A stretch of DNA of 60,533 bases, filler included, from Asterionella formosa (GCA_002256025.1; 5 parts of 5 records of this genome joined end to end with filler, not necessarily neighbours in it), one strand, 5' to 3'. Shown: positions 24,580 through 36,602, numbered from the whole stretch's first letter. A program made the numbers and translations. Notes: generated from the letters alone by a model not told the origin.

Positions 24580-25902
24580 ATGACGAACGCTCCGACTATA
24601 TATCCCACAGATTCTCCTACTGGTCAGCCTATAATTACACCAAGTGCGGACCCGACATCGTCTCCTACTGAGCAGCCTACAATGATACCGACTAACGAAC
24701 CCGCAGCATCTCCAACTGAGCAGCCTACATTGAAACCGACTGCAGGCCCCACAGCTGCTCCTACTGATCAGCCTACATTGAAACCGACTGCAGGCCCCAC
24801 AGCTGCACCTACTGATCAGCCTACATTGAAACCGACTGTGGAACCTACAACTTCACCTAGTGCTCCACCCACAATGATACCGACTGAATACCCTTCGTCC
24901 TTGCACATCGCTGCCAAAACGTTAACACCGACTGCTGACTCCGCTGCTTCTCGTACTGATCATCCTTCATTGTTCGCAACTGCTCTCACTGATAAACCTA
25001 CATTGACAATAGTGTATGCTTTACAAGCCCATGTGTCGGTCACTATGGCCCGGATGGTGGCTGAAATGGATGTCAGCTCTACGGAGACATTTCGAAATAT
25101 TACGCAAGCGTTTTTGAGCAACTGGTTGCAATTCCAAGTACCTCCCGTGTCACACGTGAAAGTTACAGTGCTTAATCAATCATTGTCAAAGTTAACATTA
25201 CGACGACGGGTAATACAGGCTACTGATATTGTAATAAGTATGCTTGTATCAGGAGATACAAAAGTGGGGGATTCGGATTTAGCAGCAATATGCAATACCA
25301 TCTTTGATGACAAGGGGCATATCCTTGTCGACCGGCTTCAGGCGACCAACGACATTTCCTTCAGACAAGTGGTGACTGTTACGTCAACAAATCATACACC
25401 TGTAGCAGTAGTGGAAGGGGGATCAAAGACTTCACCTGCGGAAGGCGGAACCACAATTACTGGTACCTCAAATCGCTGGGCCATCTTTAGTATTTACATC
25501 TGGGTTGCAATATTTGTTGGTGGCATTGCCTTTTTAATCACGTCTTTTGGTACCATGCGTTTCATCTACAAAAGGCGTAATGCGGTAAAAGAACGAGAAG
25601 AACAAAAATATCAAGACGAAGAACCTATGAGTACAGGGCCAGCCTCAGTGGTATCCACAGTACTATCACGCAATACTGATTTTGATAGTACATTGGATTA
25701 TTCAGTGGTCGAGAAAAAGAGATCCTTTCATCGACAGAGTCGTCAGACTTTGAAGCCACTTTTTGAAGATGGAATCTCCCGCAACTCTGAAACTACTGGT
25801 GGCGATACAGGTCCTCTCGGACTTGGTCCTCAGTGTGTTTGTGGTTGTAAGCAGTTGGGATGTACATGTGCTTTAAATCTTGCTGTGTCTGAGTCATTGT
25901 AA
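24580..25902 (+). CDS. Pro/Thr-repeat single-pass membrane protein (mucin-like stalk); 5' end uncertain
   Basis: PTxxPT repeats including 48-nt tandem units at about 24718-24840; a globular region; TM segment IYIWVAIFVGGIAFLITSF followed by basic KRR; Cys-rich tail. Confidence 0.8.
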   Translation: MTNAPTIYPTDSPTGQPIITPSADPTSSPTEQPTMIPTNEPAASPTEQPTLKPTAGPTAAPTDQPTLKPTAGPTAAPTDQPTLKPTVEPTTSPSAPPTMIPTEYPSSLHIAAKTLTPTADSAASRTDHPSLFATALTDKPTLTIVYALQAHVSVTMARMVAEMDVSSTETFRNITQAFLSNWLQFQVPPVSHVKVTVLNQSLSKLTLRRRVIQATDIVISMLVSGDTKVGDSDLAAICNTIFDDKGHILVDRLQATNDISFRQVVTVTSTNHTPVAVVEGGSKTSPAEGGTTITGTSNRWAIFSIYIWVAIFVGGIAFLITSFGTMRFIYKRRNAVKEREEQKYQDEEPMSTGPASVVSTVLSRNTDFDSTLDYSVVEKKRSFHRQSRQTLKPLFEDGISRNSETTGGDTGPLGLGPQCVCGCKQLGCTCALNLAVSESL

Positions 25903-25921
25903 ATCATAATTTTTTTGAAAC

Positions 25922-26790
25922 TCTATCATCGAATTGAGCAAAATTTTGTTTTTATAAATTCAACTTCTGAGGAAGGGAGAGGTTGGCATTGTCTAATTCT
26001 GATGTGAAACTTTTTGTACTTATGCATAGACATGTGTGAAGTACAGCAATTACTGAGTGTTTAACTGAATGCACCATGTCATTTTTGCCCATCCATGATG
26101 TGGATACCACTTTTATATTTGGCTAACTACCCTTATGGAGACTGGCCATCTCCTCTGGTAAATGTGGGATGTTCCTTGAATAAAAATGGCAAACTTTTTC
26201 ACTTTCACAGGGCCTTAAAACTATTTTATTGGGGATTAGGGCAGCTTGTATGAAAAACAGCCTGGGTTTTGACAATTCTAACCCTCCAGTTATCAGTATA
26301 ACAAACATATTGACTTCTGGTGCTGTCAGGCAGGCTATCAGGCGGGGATGGTTGTGATATCTATCATCGACTTGAGCAAAATTTTGCATTTATTAATTCA
26401 ACTTCTGAGGAAGGGAGAGGTTGGCATTGTCTAATTCTGATGTGAAACTTTTTGTATTAATGCATAGACATGTGTGAAGTACAGCAATTACTGAGTGTTT
26501 AACTGAATGCACCATGTCATTTCTGCCCATCCATGATGTGGATACCACTCTTATATTTGGCTAACTACCCTTATGGAGACTGGCCATCTCCTCTGGTAAA
26601 TGTGGGATGTTCCTTGAATAAAAATGGCAAACTTTTTCACTTTTACAAGGCCTTAAAACTATTTTATTGGGGATAGGGCAGCTTGTATGAACAGCCTGGG
26701 TTTTGACAATTCTAACCCTCCACTTGTCAGTATAACAAACATATTGACTTCTGGTGCTGTCAGGCAGGCTATCAGGCGGGGATGGTTGTG
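25922..26790. repeat. Tandem duplication of about 435 bp (25922-26356, 26360-26790)
   Basis: Both units begin TCTATCATCGA and end GGGGATGGTTGTG, with scattered differences. Confidence 0.93.
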
Positions 26791-28755
26791 TTATGGAGCA
26801 CATGTTTTGCAGCCTGTCAACATGTGGAGGAATGCAGATTGATGCTAGAGGGTGCTGCATTTGCGTTGGTGTGTTTCAGTCTGTCACCTTTTCATTGGAC
26901 CTGTGAAAATAGTATGTATCTTAGTTTGTTTTGTTCATTTGGCCACATGGTGGGTTGGCATTGTGCAGCTTGGAAAGCAGGTGGTTATGTATTGCTGCCC
27001 ACTTTTTGCCAGTTTTGCCAATTCTTCATTTGAGGAAATCAGCCTTTTCCAAAAAATCTCATTTGAAGATTAGTTTTGAACAGAGCATATTGGGGAACGG
27101 TTGTTTAAACAAATGTCCATGATCCCTGAGACTGATTAAATGTTGTTCATTGTACAGATGAGTGACATGAACCTTGTATTCTGACTGTACTATGGGTGCT
27201 TTTTTTCTTTGTGGGGAACAATTTTGCATTCTTTCCACACTTTGGGATGTCAGCATCCATATTTGGACTATATCTTCCATGTACTACTAAAATGATTGCT
27301 GGGGATACATTCAATTGACTCTGATAGATCTTCACTTACGTCAATTGCTGTTTTCCACTTCTTCGAGAGCCTCTCAGTGTGAGCACACTTCCAATTATAA
27401 TCTTTGCCATTATTGCCTGTTGATGTTCTCTTGAATATATGATGCCTTTTAGATAGGTATAAAAATAGGTATAAAAGCGAAAATAATAAGGGCTAGGCTA
27501 GTACAAAAATAGAGCAGCAAGGAATCCTCTTGTAGTCAAGCTACACAGCCTTACAGGATCCCTCTGGGGAATTGTCAGAAAAAGGCGTCATCACCATGGC
27601 AAAAAGGCAATTGCTCTGGTCTGGTTGTAAAAATACCAGGAAACCGCCAGTATTATCTTTGTTGCAACACAGCGCAACAACGGCCACCAAAGGAAGCTAT
27701 CTAATTATACAAAAAATGAGGTGATGATGCAAAAGTAGGAGACATTTTCAACAAAGCTATTCAAGGCAAGGGAAATAACACACACCAGCAAGGAAAGTAA
27801 AAGTCAACAGCAAGAAGTAACAGCAGATTCAGCGTTTGTGCCAATCCTCAAAGTCGACCGGGCAACCACAAAGAGTGGTAATACATTAACTACAGAATTA
27901 TTGGATGACAAAATGGATGTAATTACCGGAGTCACTGTACACAAGAGTCACAATGCCACCTATATGAGCAAGCCCTAGGCAGCACCAAAAACAAAAAGAT
28001 AGTTGAATTCCATCCTAAATGGGCAGAAAACGGCAAATATAAAGAAACCTTCAACGATGTCATTCCATATGACACAGTGGAAAACAAGTGTATGGATGGT
28101 CAAGGTACATATCAAGGTGAACGCAAGCATTTTACAACCATCCCAGATTGCAAAACTTTTCGATGTAAAAGCACGCAAACCCCAACCAACAGGTGTCCAA
28201 GACTAAGCACAATGTAGAAAGTTCAAAGATGACCAGGATTATCAATAGATCAATGGGGTTGGACACTAAAGATTTGCGCCAAGAGCACAAGTCCAAACAT
28301 CATAAATAGGTTCCAATTGTTTTGGAAAAGACAGATTTTCTTTTTTTGAGGAATTGGCAAAACTGGCAAAAAGTGGTTAGCAATACACCTTCATTCCCAG
28401 TTTACCAAGAAAAGAAGTGGCATCATTACGCCAACCCATAGTGTGGCCAACTAGACCAAAACAAGCACAAACTACAATCCACTCTCTTCTACACAGCTGA
28501 TATAACAATGTGAAAGAATGACGCACACCCCAGCACAAGAAGCCTCTCAGCACTTTTTTACACTCTCTCACACTTTTAATGGCGGTTGAATGTGTGTTGC
28601 CCACCAAAAATATCCCTGCTGCTTGACTGCGCCAGAAGTCAATATGAATGCTATGATGATATCAGGAGGGTTAGTTTTTTAAAAACCCAGGCTGATCAGG
28701 CCAGGAAGCGCCAATTGGGCTGCCCTATCACAAATGGAGTAGTTCAAGGCGCTAC
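26645..28755. repeat. Long diverged inverted repeat (arms about 26645-27130 and 28240-28755), possibly a TIR element relic
   Basis: Shared blocks GATAGGGCAGC, CAGCCTGGGTTTT, CATATTGACTTCTGG and CCACTTTTTGCCAGTTTTGCCAATTC occur in inverted order. Confidence 0.7.
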
Positions 28756-29541
28756 AAAAATGAAATGAAATATTGAATAGATGACGGCTCTGCACCACAC
28801 TTTGGATAGATACACCCAAAAGCGTATTGTGTGGTTATTTGTTTCCTGAGGAGTTTCTTTTTTCTGTTGCTTATTTCAGTTGGCAGACCTGGAATAAATT
28901 CTCATCTGCAAATAAAAAGTATATATTTATAAGATCAAGGGTACCCCTGGTAGCATACTGCAAGTAACGCAAAAAAATTGGCAAATGATAATTATACCAT
29001 TATAGAAATGATAAAGTCATACTATAAGTATGATCATTTCCAGCATACTTATGAGGCCTTTTTTGTCATTTGTCAGAAAAGATTCTAAACTGCTTTTTGT
29101 CAAAACTACAAATCTTTATATTCTTCTTGCATTTCTCATGATCAACAAGTTTTAAAAAATTCTGCAACACGCCATATAATTAGCTAAATATTTTTCTATG
29201 CTGTAAATTCTTTCATTGTACATCTACCTTAACATGATTGTTATTCTAATCAAAGTCATGGTGCAAAGTAAGGTGAAATGGTTTGCAATATAGTTATAAT
29301 TAGAAACAATATCTATCTTTCAACCTGCTATATGCCTTTTCGCCATTCTTGCTGTGCCACAACCATTGCGTCTTTGATTCCCTGCATCATGGCAACGCCT
29401 CTGGTTGACTAAGCCTTTCCCTTGCTTCCCACACTTGTCAAGTCGATTGCAGACAAACCTACAGTTCTCATTGCCACTCAACTTAAGAAGAAATTGTCTG
29501 CCAATCACATATCCATGTTGTTCTGATTTCCCCTCATATCA

Positions 29542-29795
29542 AATTAAATTATATTAAATTATCTATCAAATCTTATAGTATGTTAAAGCTATCCAATAAT
29601 CGCACTTGTGCCCAAATAAATGAATAAATGGACACAATTATTTCCGGTTTTATTCATCTGTACGGTACAACGGGACCTGCCTTTTTGTTAGCCGCACCCC
29701 CCAGAACCCTAGGAACTACATGAAAAAGACAGGTGGAGAATGCAGGAATCGAACCTGCCACCACAACTTGTGTGCTAACCACTAAGTCATTCCCC
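29542..29795 (-). mobile_element. tRNA(Ala)-derived SINE with 18-bp TSD
   Basis: Head GGGGAAT..TGACTTAGTGG (A box)..GCAGGTTCGATTCCTGC (B box, T arm)..ATTCTCCA, with a G3:U70 pair and a reduced anticodon arm. AT-rich tail. Flanks TGATTTCCCCTCATATCA (29524-41) and TGATTTCCCCTCAAATCA (29796-813). Confidence 0.82.
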
Positions 29796-30029
29796 TGATT
29801 TCCCCTCAAATCATTGTTTGCTCTTTTATCCTCTCATGTCTTACTCTGGGTTTACATTTGCTTGCCCTTTTGCTGTCTCTTTTCCATTGGTCCTACCGAA
29901 AGGAGAATGCTGATCCATTTACAATTCATTTTTAACCCTAATTGTACTGACAATCAGAAGCAGATGGTTTTGATATTTATATATTGCTTGTCTACACTAC
30001 AACAAATGGTTCTGTTTCTAGATTGACTT

Positions 30030-30574
30030 ACCACCAGCTATTGATGTATATTTGAACATTTCTGAACAATAATGTATCAATCAAATATCGCATAAGCACT
30101 CATCAATATTTGATTCCAACATTGCTGTTTATAACTTTCAAATGCTGTTTAATGTCCATTATTCTGAATGAAGCAACATGCATGTGTCAGTTATGTTCTA
30201 TCAGGGCTGAGTTGATCTATTTTGACTATTTTTTAATGAAACCTCTTACCCAGCCACTGTGGTCTTTTACCAAATCAGTGGTTTCATATAGCCAGCATAT
30301 GGGATTTTTTGTCCAGTACCAAAGCAAAAACTGGCATTGACGTTGAAACTATTGTTGCGAAGAAGATCAGCCAAGCACAGCACTATAGGTACATCAAAAG
30401 TTGCATGGGAATGATCATCTGGCTGGATATAATCCGAGAAGGTAATTTCAGTGAAAAACCTTGGTAATAAGAGAAGGTATCTGTAAAACAGCACATATAT
30501 TATCGGTATCATGAAATTAGCCAACTAAAATCAGAAAAGGTTTGCCTTGCCTTCAAATAATCACTGGGGTCAAA
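30030..30574 (-). pseudogene. Decayed 3' portion of the Pro/Thr/Lys-repeat gene split by the Copia insertion
   Basis: Removing the Copia and one TSD gives LESID-PSDYLK in frame. A downstream exon-like block (YLLLLPRFFTEITFSDY...) carries a frameshift and TGA/TAG stops. Confidence 0.55.
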
Positions 30575-30830
30575 TGTTTGAGAAATTATTTTAGGAAAAA
30601 AAATCCCACCTATTGAATCGAATGAATCGGTATGGTACCAGAGAAAACTCAGAATTCGAAAAAAATCTACATCGCCAGTAAAACCCATAATTCTATAAAA
30701 ACTCTTAGGAACGATTACAATCGATTTCAGTCATATCGTTGATCTTATGTACAGCCTATTTGGCTGGTCCCTGACGTGTCCTTACAGGATACAATAAAGC
30801 AATAGAGGGCTTCGAGAAGCAATTTCAACA
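30575..30830 (+). repeat. 5' LTR
   Basis: TGTTTGAGAAA...CAATTTCAACA; homologous to 34997-35271. Confidence 0.93.
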
Positions 30831-30963
30831 GTTTTAATAGAATTAGCCGGCCAGGAAGCGCTGTAAGATCACAATCAACAACAGGCGGACCGTGGAGAGT
30901 CCGGAGAAAAGATTTGAGGGTACCAGACCATCCAGAGTCTGAAGAAGTTGCACAAGGCGCATA

Positions 30964-33900
30964 ATGAGTGGAAAAGGAAAGTTTACCAAGAAGGCTCAGG
31001 CCAAGGGCAAGTTTCAAGCCAAGGGAGGGAGCAATAATGCTTCTCACACCAACAAGAAGTCTGTTAATGACTATAAATACTACCTCGGATTGGCAAAGCA
31101 GGCATCTGACTATGAGACTACTACTGAGTACCTCATCAACTACATCAAGAAAGTCTTCAATTATTGCAACGACATTGGAACTGCGCTCAAGTTGTTAGAA
31201 CCAATTAAGCAACACATCGGCATGGAAGCCAAGAATACAGCTTAGCTGCAACAACAGATGAAGATTGCGCTGCAGAGAATCGGCAATATGAGATTGAGTT
31301 AAAGGACTTTATGATGCGTACAGCAAGAGGGTACAAACCTATGAAAATACTAACACCAAGGCATATGCATTGCTCTGGGAAAGATGCCGCAAATCCATGA
31401 AGAACAAGATCGAAGCGAGATCTGATTACAATAGGGTCGAAAATAACAATTGTAACCTTGCTTATTGCAATTAAAGAACACGCATTAAATTTTCAAGAGA
31501 ATCGATATTCAATGTTGATCATTTTAGATGTGATGAGAACACTTTTTAATACAAAGCAAAGAGAAGGAGAAAGTCTACAAGACTACACCAAGAGATTTTG
31601 TGTGGCACAAGATGTGCTCAAGTCACACATTGGAGGACCCATTATCCTCATCAAGTTTGTTGAAGCCATGGATGGTTACAGCAAGACAGATATCAAACTA
31701 TGAGATAAATTTCGCGAACAAGCTTTCAGTCAATTCCTGGCTTATTTATGCCTTGATAATGCGGATAAAGCCAAATGTGGATCAATTATGACTGGGCTGA
31801 ACACTCAACAGTCACTTGGCAGTGATCAATACCCAAAGAATATCACCAAATCAAATAATGTTCTCAGTAACCATAGGTTCGATGTAACAAATAAATCCAG
31901 CAGTCACAAGAAGCCAGCCAGGAGATCATAATAAAGACAGGGAACAAAAGAATGCAAGGAAGGAAGATGAAGATGTGAACTTATCATTTGCACAATTAGA
32001 AGGAAAATGATACTGCTGTGGAAGAGCTGGGCATAAATAACTGTCATGTTGCGAGCAGAATAAAACCAAAGAGGAATGGACAATCATTTCTTACAACAAT
32101 TTCTGAAAACATTATGTATCAGACAGCGCAATTGGTCAAGAATCAGACAGCTGATGTATATCGAGATGCTTTGACTCAGGTATTCCGTGTTTACAATACC
32201 GGAGGATTGAGAATTACAATAATCCACTGTGACAACAATTTTCTACCTATAATGGAACCACTTTCCAATGAATTTCAAGTCACTATGAATTACGTAAACC
32301 CACAAGAACATGTTCCCGAAGCGCAACAAAATAACCAAGTGATTAAAGAATGTGTATGTGCAGGTTATCATTGATTACCTTTCCAACATTTGCCGCGACT
32401 GATGATTAAGATTCTAGTCACAGAATCTGAAAAAAACTGAATTTGTTTCCGGCACAGAACAGGATATTCCCTGTATTACAGTCCTTGTATGATTTTACAT
32501 CAACAAAACCTGCACTATGCTTGACATTGCCAGTTTACATTTGGCACTTATGTCCAACCACATGAAGAACCGATGTTTTCAAATACTAATGCACCACGCA
32601 GCCTAGATTGCATTTATCTACATTATAGTGACAACGTGCAAGGAGGTCATGAATTACTACACCTACCAACAAATTCATTGATCACTAGATGTACAGTTAC
32701 TCCTCTACCACTTACCCCAGCAATCATAAATCAAGTACATGCCCTTGCTGTGCAGGAAAATATGCCAGATGGTCTCAACATATCTAATTGAACAGGACAA
32801 CTATTTTACGATAGTGATTGGATTGCAGGAGTGGATTATGACAATGAAGCATTCAAAGATGCACAAGATGAAGATTATGAAGATTAACAAGCTAGATATG
32901 ATGAAAGTAATGATGAACTGCTCAGAGAAGACTATGACAAAATGGCTCCAGATGAATTATATGAAGCAGAACAGTTTGAATTAAACAATATCCAAGAGGA
33001 TGACCCTGAACCTGAGGGCAACAATGAAAATAACGTTGAAATGAATGCAGATGAAATCCAAGATGATGATTAAGACCAGTAAATGAAAATGAAAATGAAG
33101 AGGCAATGTTAGAAGTCAATCCAAGCAATGAGGATGACACAGACCCAAATGTTAGAACTACAAGGTCTGGAAGGGTCTCAAGACAACCAACAAAACTAAC
33201 TATGGTCCAACATCATTTGCATACCCAAGCACACTGTCAAGAAGAATACACCACTGAAAATGCGAAAGTGATTGCAATGACAATGTGTTATATTAATGAG
33301 ATGTCTATCGATAAAGAAGCATTTCACTTTGTTCAGTCATACAGCTTATCAAAAGGCCTCAAGAAATTTGGCCAGAAAGGAAGGGATGCTGTGTATAAGG
33401 AGATGAAACAACTACATGATAGAGTTGTATTTGAAACAATTAGGATTGAAGACCTAACAGAGATCGAAAAGCGACGCACAATGGAAAATCTAAAATTTTT
33501 TTGGTTGAAAAGAGAGACAAGAGTATTAAAGACAGAGCTTGTGCCAATGGCAGTTCTCAACGTGAATATATGGAGAGAGATGAAGCAGCTAGTCCAACTA
33601 CCATGACTGAATCTGTTATGATAACAGGAACAATTGATGCAAAACAAAATTGTGGGTTGTGATAGCAGATATACCCAATGCATTTGTGCAAGTGGATATT
33701 GATGAGAAAGAAAAAGGGGAACAAATCATTATGAAGATTAGAGGTTTACTTGTCAATATGTTGACGGAACTCAGGCCTGAGACTTATGAAAATTTTGTTG
33801 TTTACGAAGGAAACAACAAGCAAGGTCCTATATGTTAGGATGATCAAGGCATTATATGGCATGTTACAATCATCATTGTTATATTACAAGAAATTTCGGA

Positions 33901-34974
33901 AGGATATTGAGTCAATTGGATTCAATGTCAATCCATATGATCCATGTGTTGCAAATCGCATTGTTAATGGCAAACAGCACACAGTTACTTGGCACATAGA
34001 CGATTTGAAATCTAGTTATGTGGACAGCAAAGTGAATGATCAATTTTTGGAATGGCTCAAAAAGAAATATGCTTCTGACGAAATTGGTGAAGTCAAGGTC
34101 AAACGTGGAAATAAGCATGATTATTTGGCGATGACACTAGATTACTCTCTTTCAGGAGTGTTGAGGGTGGATATGACTAAACATGTGAAATCAATGATTC
34201 ATGATTTTCCAGATGAACTTGAAGGTGTCGGAAAATTTCCATGGACAGATAAATTGCTCACAGTCGATATCAAATCAAAGAAGCTTGAATATGAAAAAGC
34301 AAAAATATTTCATACTTTTGTTATGAAAGGAATGTTCCTTTGTAAGCAAGGACAACAGGACATTCAAACAGGAATTGCATTTCTGGCAACCCAAACTACC
34401 AAACCGAATGAAGGCAATTGGGTAAAATTAGTCTAGATCATGAATCTCTTGAAAGCAACTCAGAATGAGGTTGCTTCTATGAGTGCTGATGACACTCAGA
34501 GTTTTTAAATGGTACATTGATGCGGCATTTGCGGTAGTACACAAAGATTTCAAAAGTCATACAGGAGCTACATTGTCACTTGTAAATGGAATTATTTGTT
34601 CTGTGTCTACAAAACAGAAAGTGAACACAAGAAGTTCGACTGAAGCAGAATTGGTTGGTGTCAATGACATTATATTCAAGGTATTGTGGAAGAAATTATT
34701 TATTGAAGCACAAGGACACAAAGTGACTACAAATGTCATTTACCATGACAACACTACCGCAATGAAGCTAGAAGAAAATGGAAAAGCAAGTTCAGGAAAA
34801 TGCATGCAACATTTCAACATTAAGCATTTTTACATTACTGATGATCTCATTGCAAGAAAGGAAGTACAGATTGAGTACTGTCCTATGGATGCAATGATTG
34901 CAGACTACATGACAAAACCATTGGTTGGGACAAAATTTATTCATTTTCGTGAGCAAATTATGAATTCAAAGTGA
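30964..34974 (+). pseudogene. Copia gag-pol with many stops and frameshifts; protease region deleted
   Basis: Collinear fragments; the sequence jumps from the zinc-knuckle remnant (about 32010-32080) directly into integrase. Confidence 0.9.
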
Positions 34975-34996
34975 GTATCCATGTCCAGCAGGAGTG

Positions 34997-35271
34997 TGTT
35001 GGAGAAAATATTTTAGGAAAGAAAAATCCCAGTGTGAATTACCTACCACATTTTGAATCAAATGAATCAAAAAGAATATGGTACCAGAGAAAACTCAGAA
35101 TTCGAAACAATCTACATTGCCAGTAACACCCATAATTCTATAAAAGCTCTTAGGAACGATTGCAATCGATTTCAGTCATGTCATTGATCATATCTACTGC
35201 CTATTTGGTCCCTGACAAGTCACTACAGGATACAAGAAAATAAAAGAGGGCGTCAGGACACAATTTCAACA
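34997..35271 (+). repeat. 3' LTR
   Basis: TGTTGGAGAAA...CAATTTCAACA; homologous to 30575-30830 with indels. Confidence 0.93.
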
Positions 35272-36317
35272 TCAATGGATTCAAGCCTTTCATTTGTAAG
35301 TAAACGCTGCATAAATCTAGGTTCAAATGTACTATCCTTAAAAGTCGGTAAAGGGAATTTAGAAGACTTAGTTGTACGGAGGTTACTATGTATATAGAAG
35401 TATGGGAATAGTTTGAAGACCACTTCGTTGGTAGAGAGGGTGTCTTTTACACGGTTGAAAATTGGAGGATAAGGAATGTATGAGCTCATGTCAACAGTTA
35501 CTGGCCAGAAGGAGACATAGACACAACCACTGGAGTTGAAGGTTTTGGTGTCACAGGCGCTCCTGTAGGTTTTGGTGTCACAGGCGCTCCAGTAGGTTTT
35601 CGTGTCACAGGCGCTCCTGTAGGTTTTCGTGTCACAGGTGCCCCAGTAGGTTTTTGTGTCACAGGTGCTCCAGTAGGTTTTAGGGTGACAGGCGCTCCAG
35701 TAGGTTTTAGGGTGACAGGCGCTCCAGTAGGTTTTAGTGTGACTGGAGCTCCAGTAGGTTTTTGTGTCACAGGTGCTCCAGAAGGTTTTCGTGTCACAGG
35801 TGCTCCAGTAGGTTTTAGGGTGACAGGTGCTCCAGTAGGTTTTAGGGTGACTGGTGCTCCAGTAGGTTTTAGTGTTACTGGTGCTCCAGTAGGTTTTGGG
35901 GTTGCTGGGGGTCCAGTAGGTTGTTGTGTCAGTGGTGCTCCAGTAGGTTTCCGAGTCACTGGTGCCCCAGTAGGTCTCCGAGTCACTGGTGCCCCAGTGG
36001 GTCTTGACGTTTCTGTCTCAAGGATAGGTTTTTCCGTCACTGGTGTCCAGGTAGGTCTTAAGGACACTGGTGCCCAGGTAGGTCTTAGGGACACCGGTGC
36101 CCATGTCGGTTTTGGTGTCACTGGCGCCCAGGTGGGTTTTAGCGTCACTGGCGCCCAGGTGGGTTTTAGCGTCACTGGCGCCCAGGTGGGTTTTTCGGTC
36201 ACCGGCGCCCAGGTAGGTTTTAGGGTCACTGGTGCCCTTGTAGGTTTTTGGGTTACTGGTGCCCTGGTAGGTTTTTCGGTCACTGGTGCACTGGTAGGTT
36301 TTTCGGTCACTGGTGCC
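35272..36317 (-). pseudogene. Pro/Thr/Lys tandem-repeat protein gene (5' end in the gap), frameshifted at about 35500 and interrupted by Copia
   Basis: 27-nt units encode KPT(G/W/R)APVTx. One added base gives MSPSG-PVTVDMSSYIPYPP, continuing to LESID at the LTR edge. Confidence 0.7.
35530..36317. repeat. 27-bp coding minisatellite (just under 30 units)
   Basis: Repeated GTCACAGGCGCTCCAGTAGGTTTT-type units with variation concentrated at synonymous positions of the minus-strand frame. Confidence 0.95.
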
Positions 36318-36417
36318 NNNNNNNNNNNNNNNNNNNNNNNNNNNNNNNNNNNNNNNNNNNNTTAATTAATTAANNNNNNNNNNNNNNNNNNNNNNNNNNN
36401 NNNNNNNNNNNNNNNNN
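36318..36417. other. Artificial contig linker
   Basis: 100-bp N linker with TTAATTAATTAA. Confidence 0.99.
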
Positions 36418-36419
36418 GT

Positions 36420-36602
36420 CCTGAAGAACGATATGCTGATCATGAATCGTCCGAGTGGAAGTCCTTTTACAATAAAAACATTTTTGATTGCCAAATTTAT
36501 GAGCTTGTCCAGTCTACATGGAGGGCTCAGATTCAAACAATTGTACCTTTGCAAATACAGATGGATCGTTTCCGGGGAGTAAAACAGTCCGAGGAAGATT
36601 AA
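36420..36602 (+). CDS. 3' end of an unidentified gene (possibly sulfotransferase-like)
   Basis: Frame open from the contig edge: PEERYADHESSEWKSFYNKNIFDCQIYELVQSTWRAQIQTIVPLQIQMDRFRGVKQSEED*. The N..D..xY pattern recalls sulfotransferase C-termini; product call is weak. Confidence 0.55.
   Translation, partial: PEERYADHESSEWKSFYNKNIFDCQIYELVQSTWRAQIQTIVPLQIQMDRFRGVKQSEED

Larger units (their letters stand above)
30575..35271 (+). mobile_element. Decayed Ty1/Copia (CoDi-like) LTR retrotransposon with both LTRs
   Basis: LTRs TG...CA at 30575-30830 and 34997-35271; TSD TCAAA/TCAAT; PPT-like CAGCAGGAGTG before the 3' LTR; integrase (HCDN, QEHVPEA), RT (ADIPNAFVQ, KALYG, WHIDD) and RNase H (WYIDAAF, SSTEAEL, ADYMTKPL). 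Confidence 0.95.

Noticed and set aside
29731..29795. Functional tRNA gene
   Set aside because: Anticodon arm is reduced and the unit sits inside TSDs; better explained as a SINE head.
35685..36365. 226-aa plus-strand ORF
   Set aside because: Antisense shadow of the Pro/Thr minisatellite.
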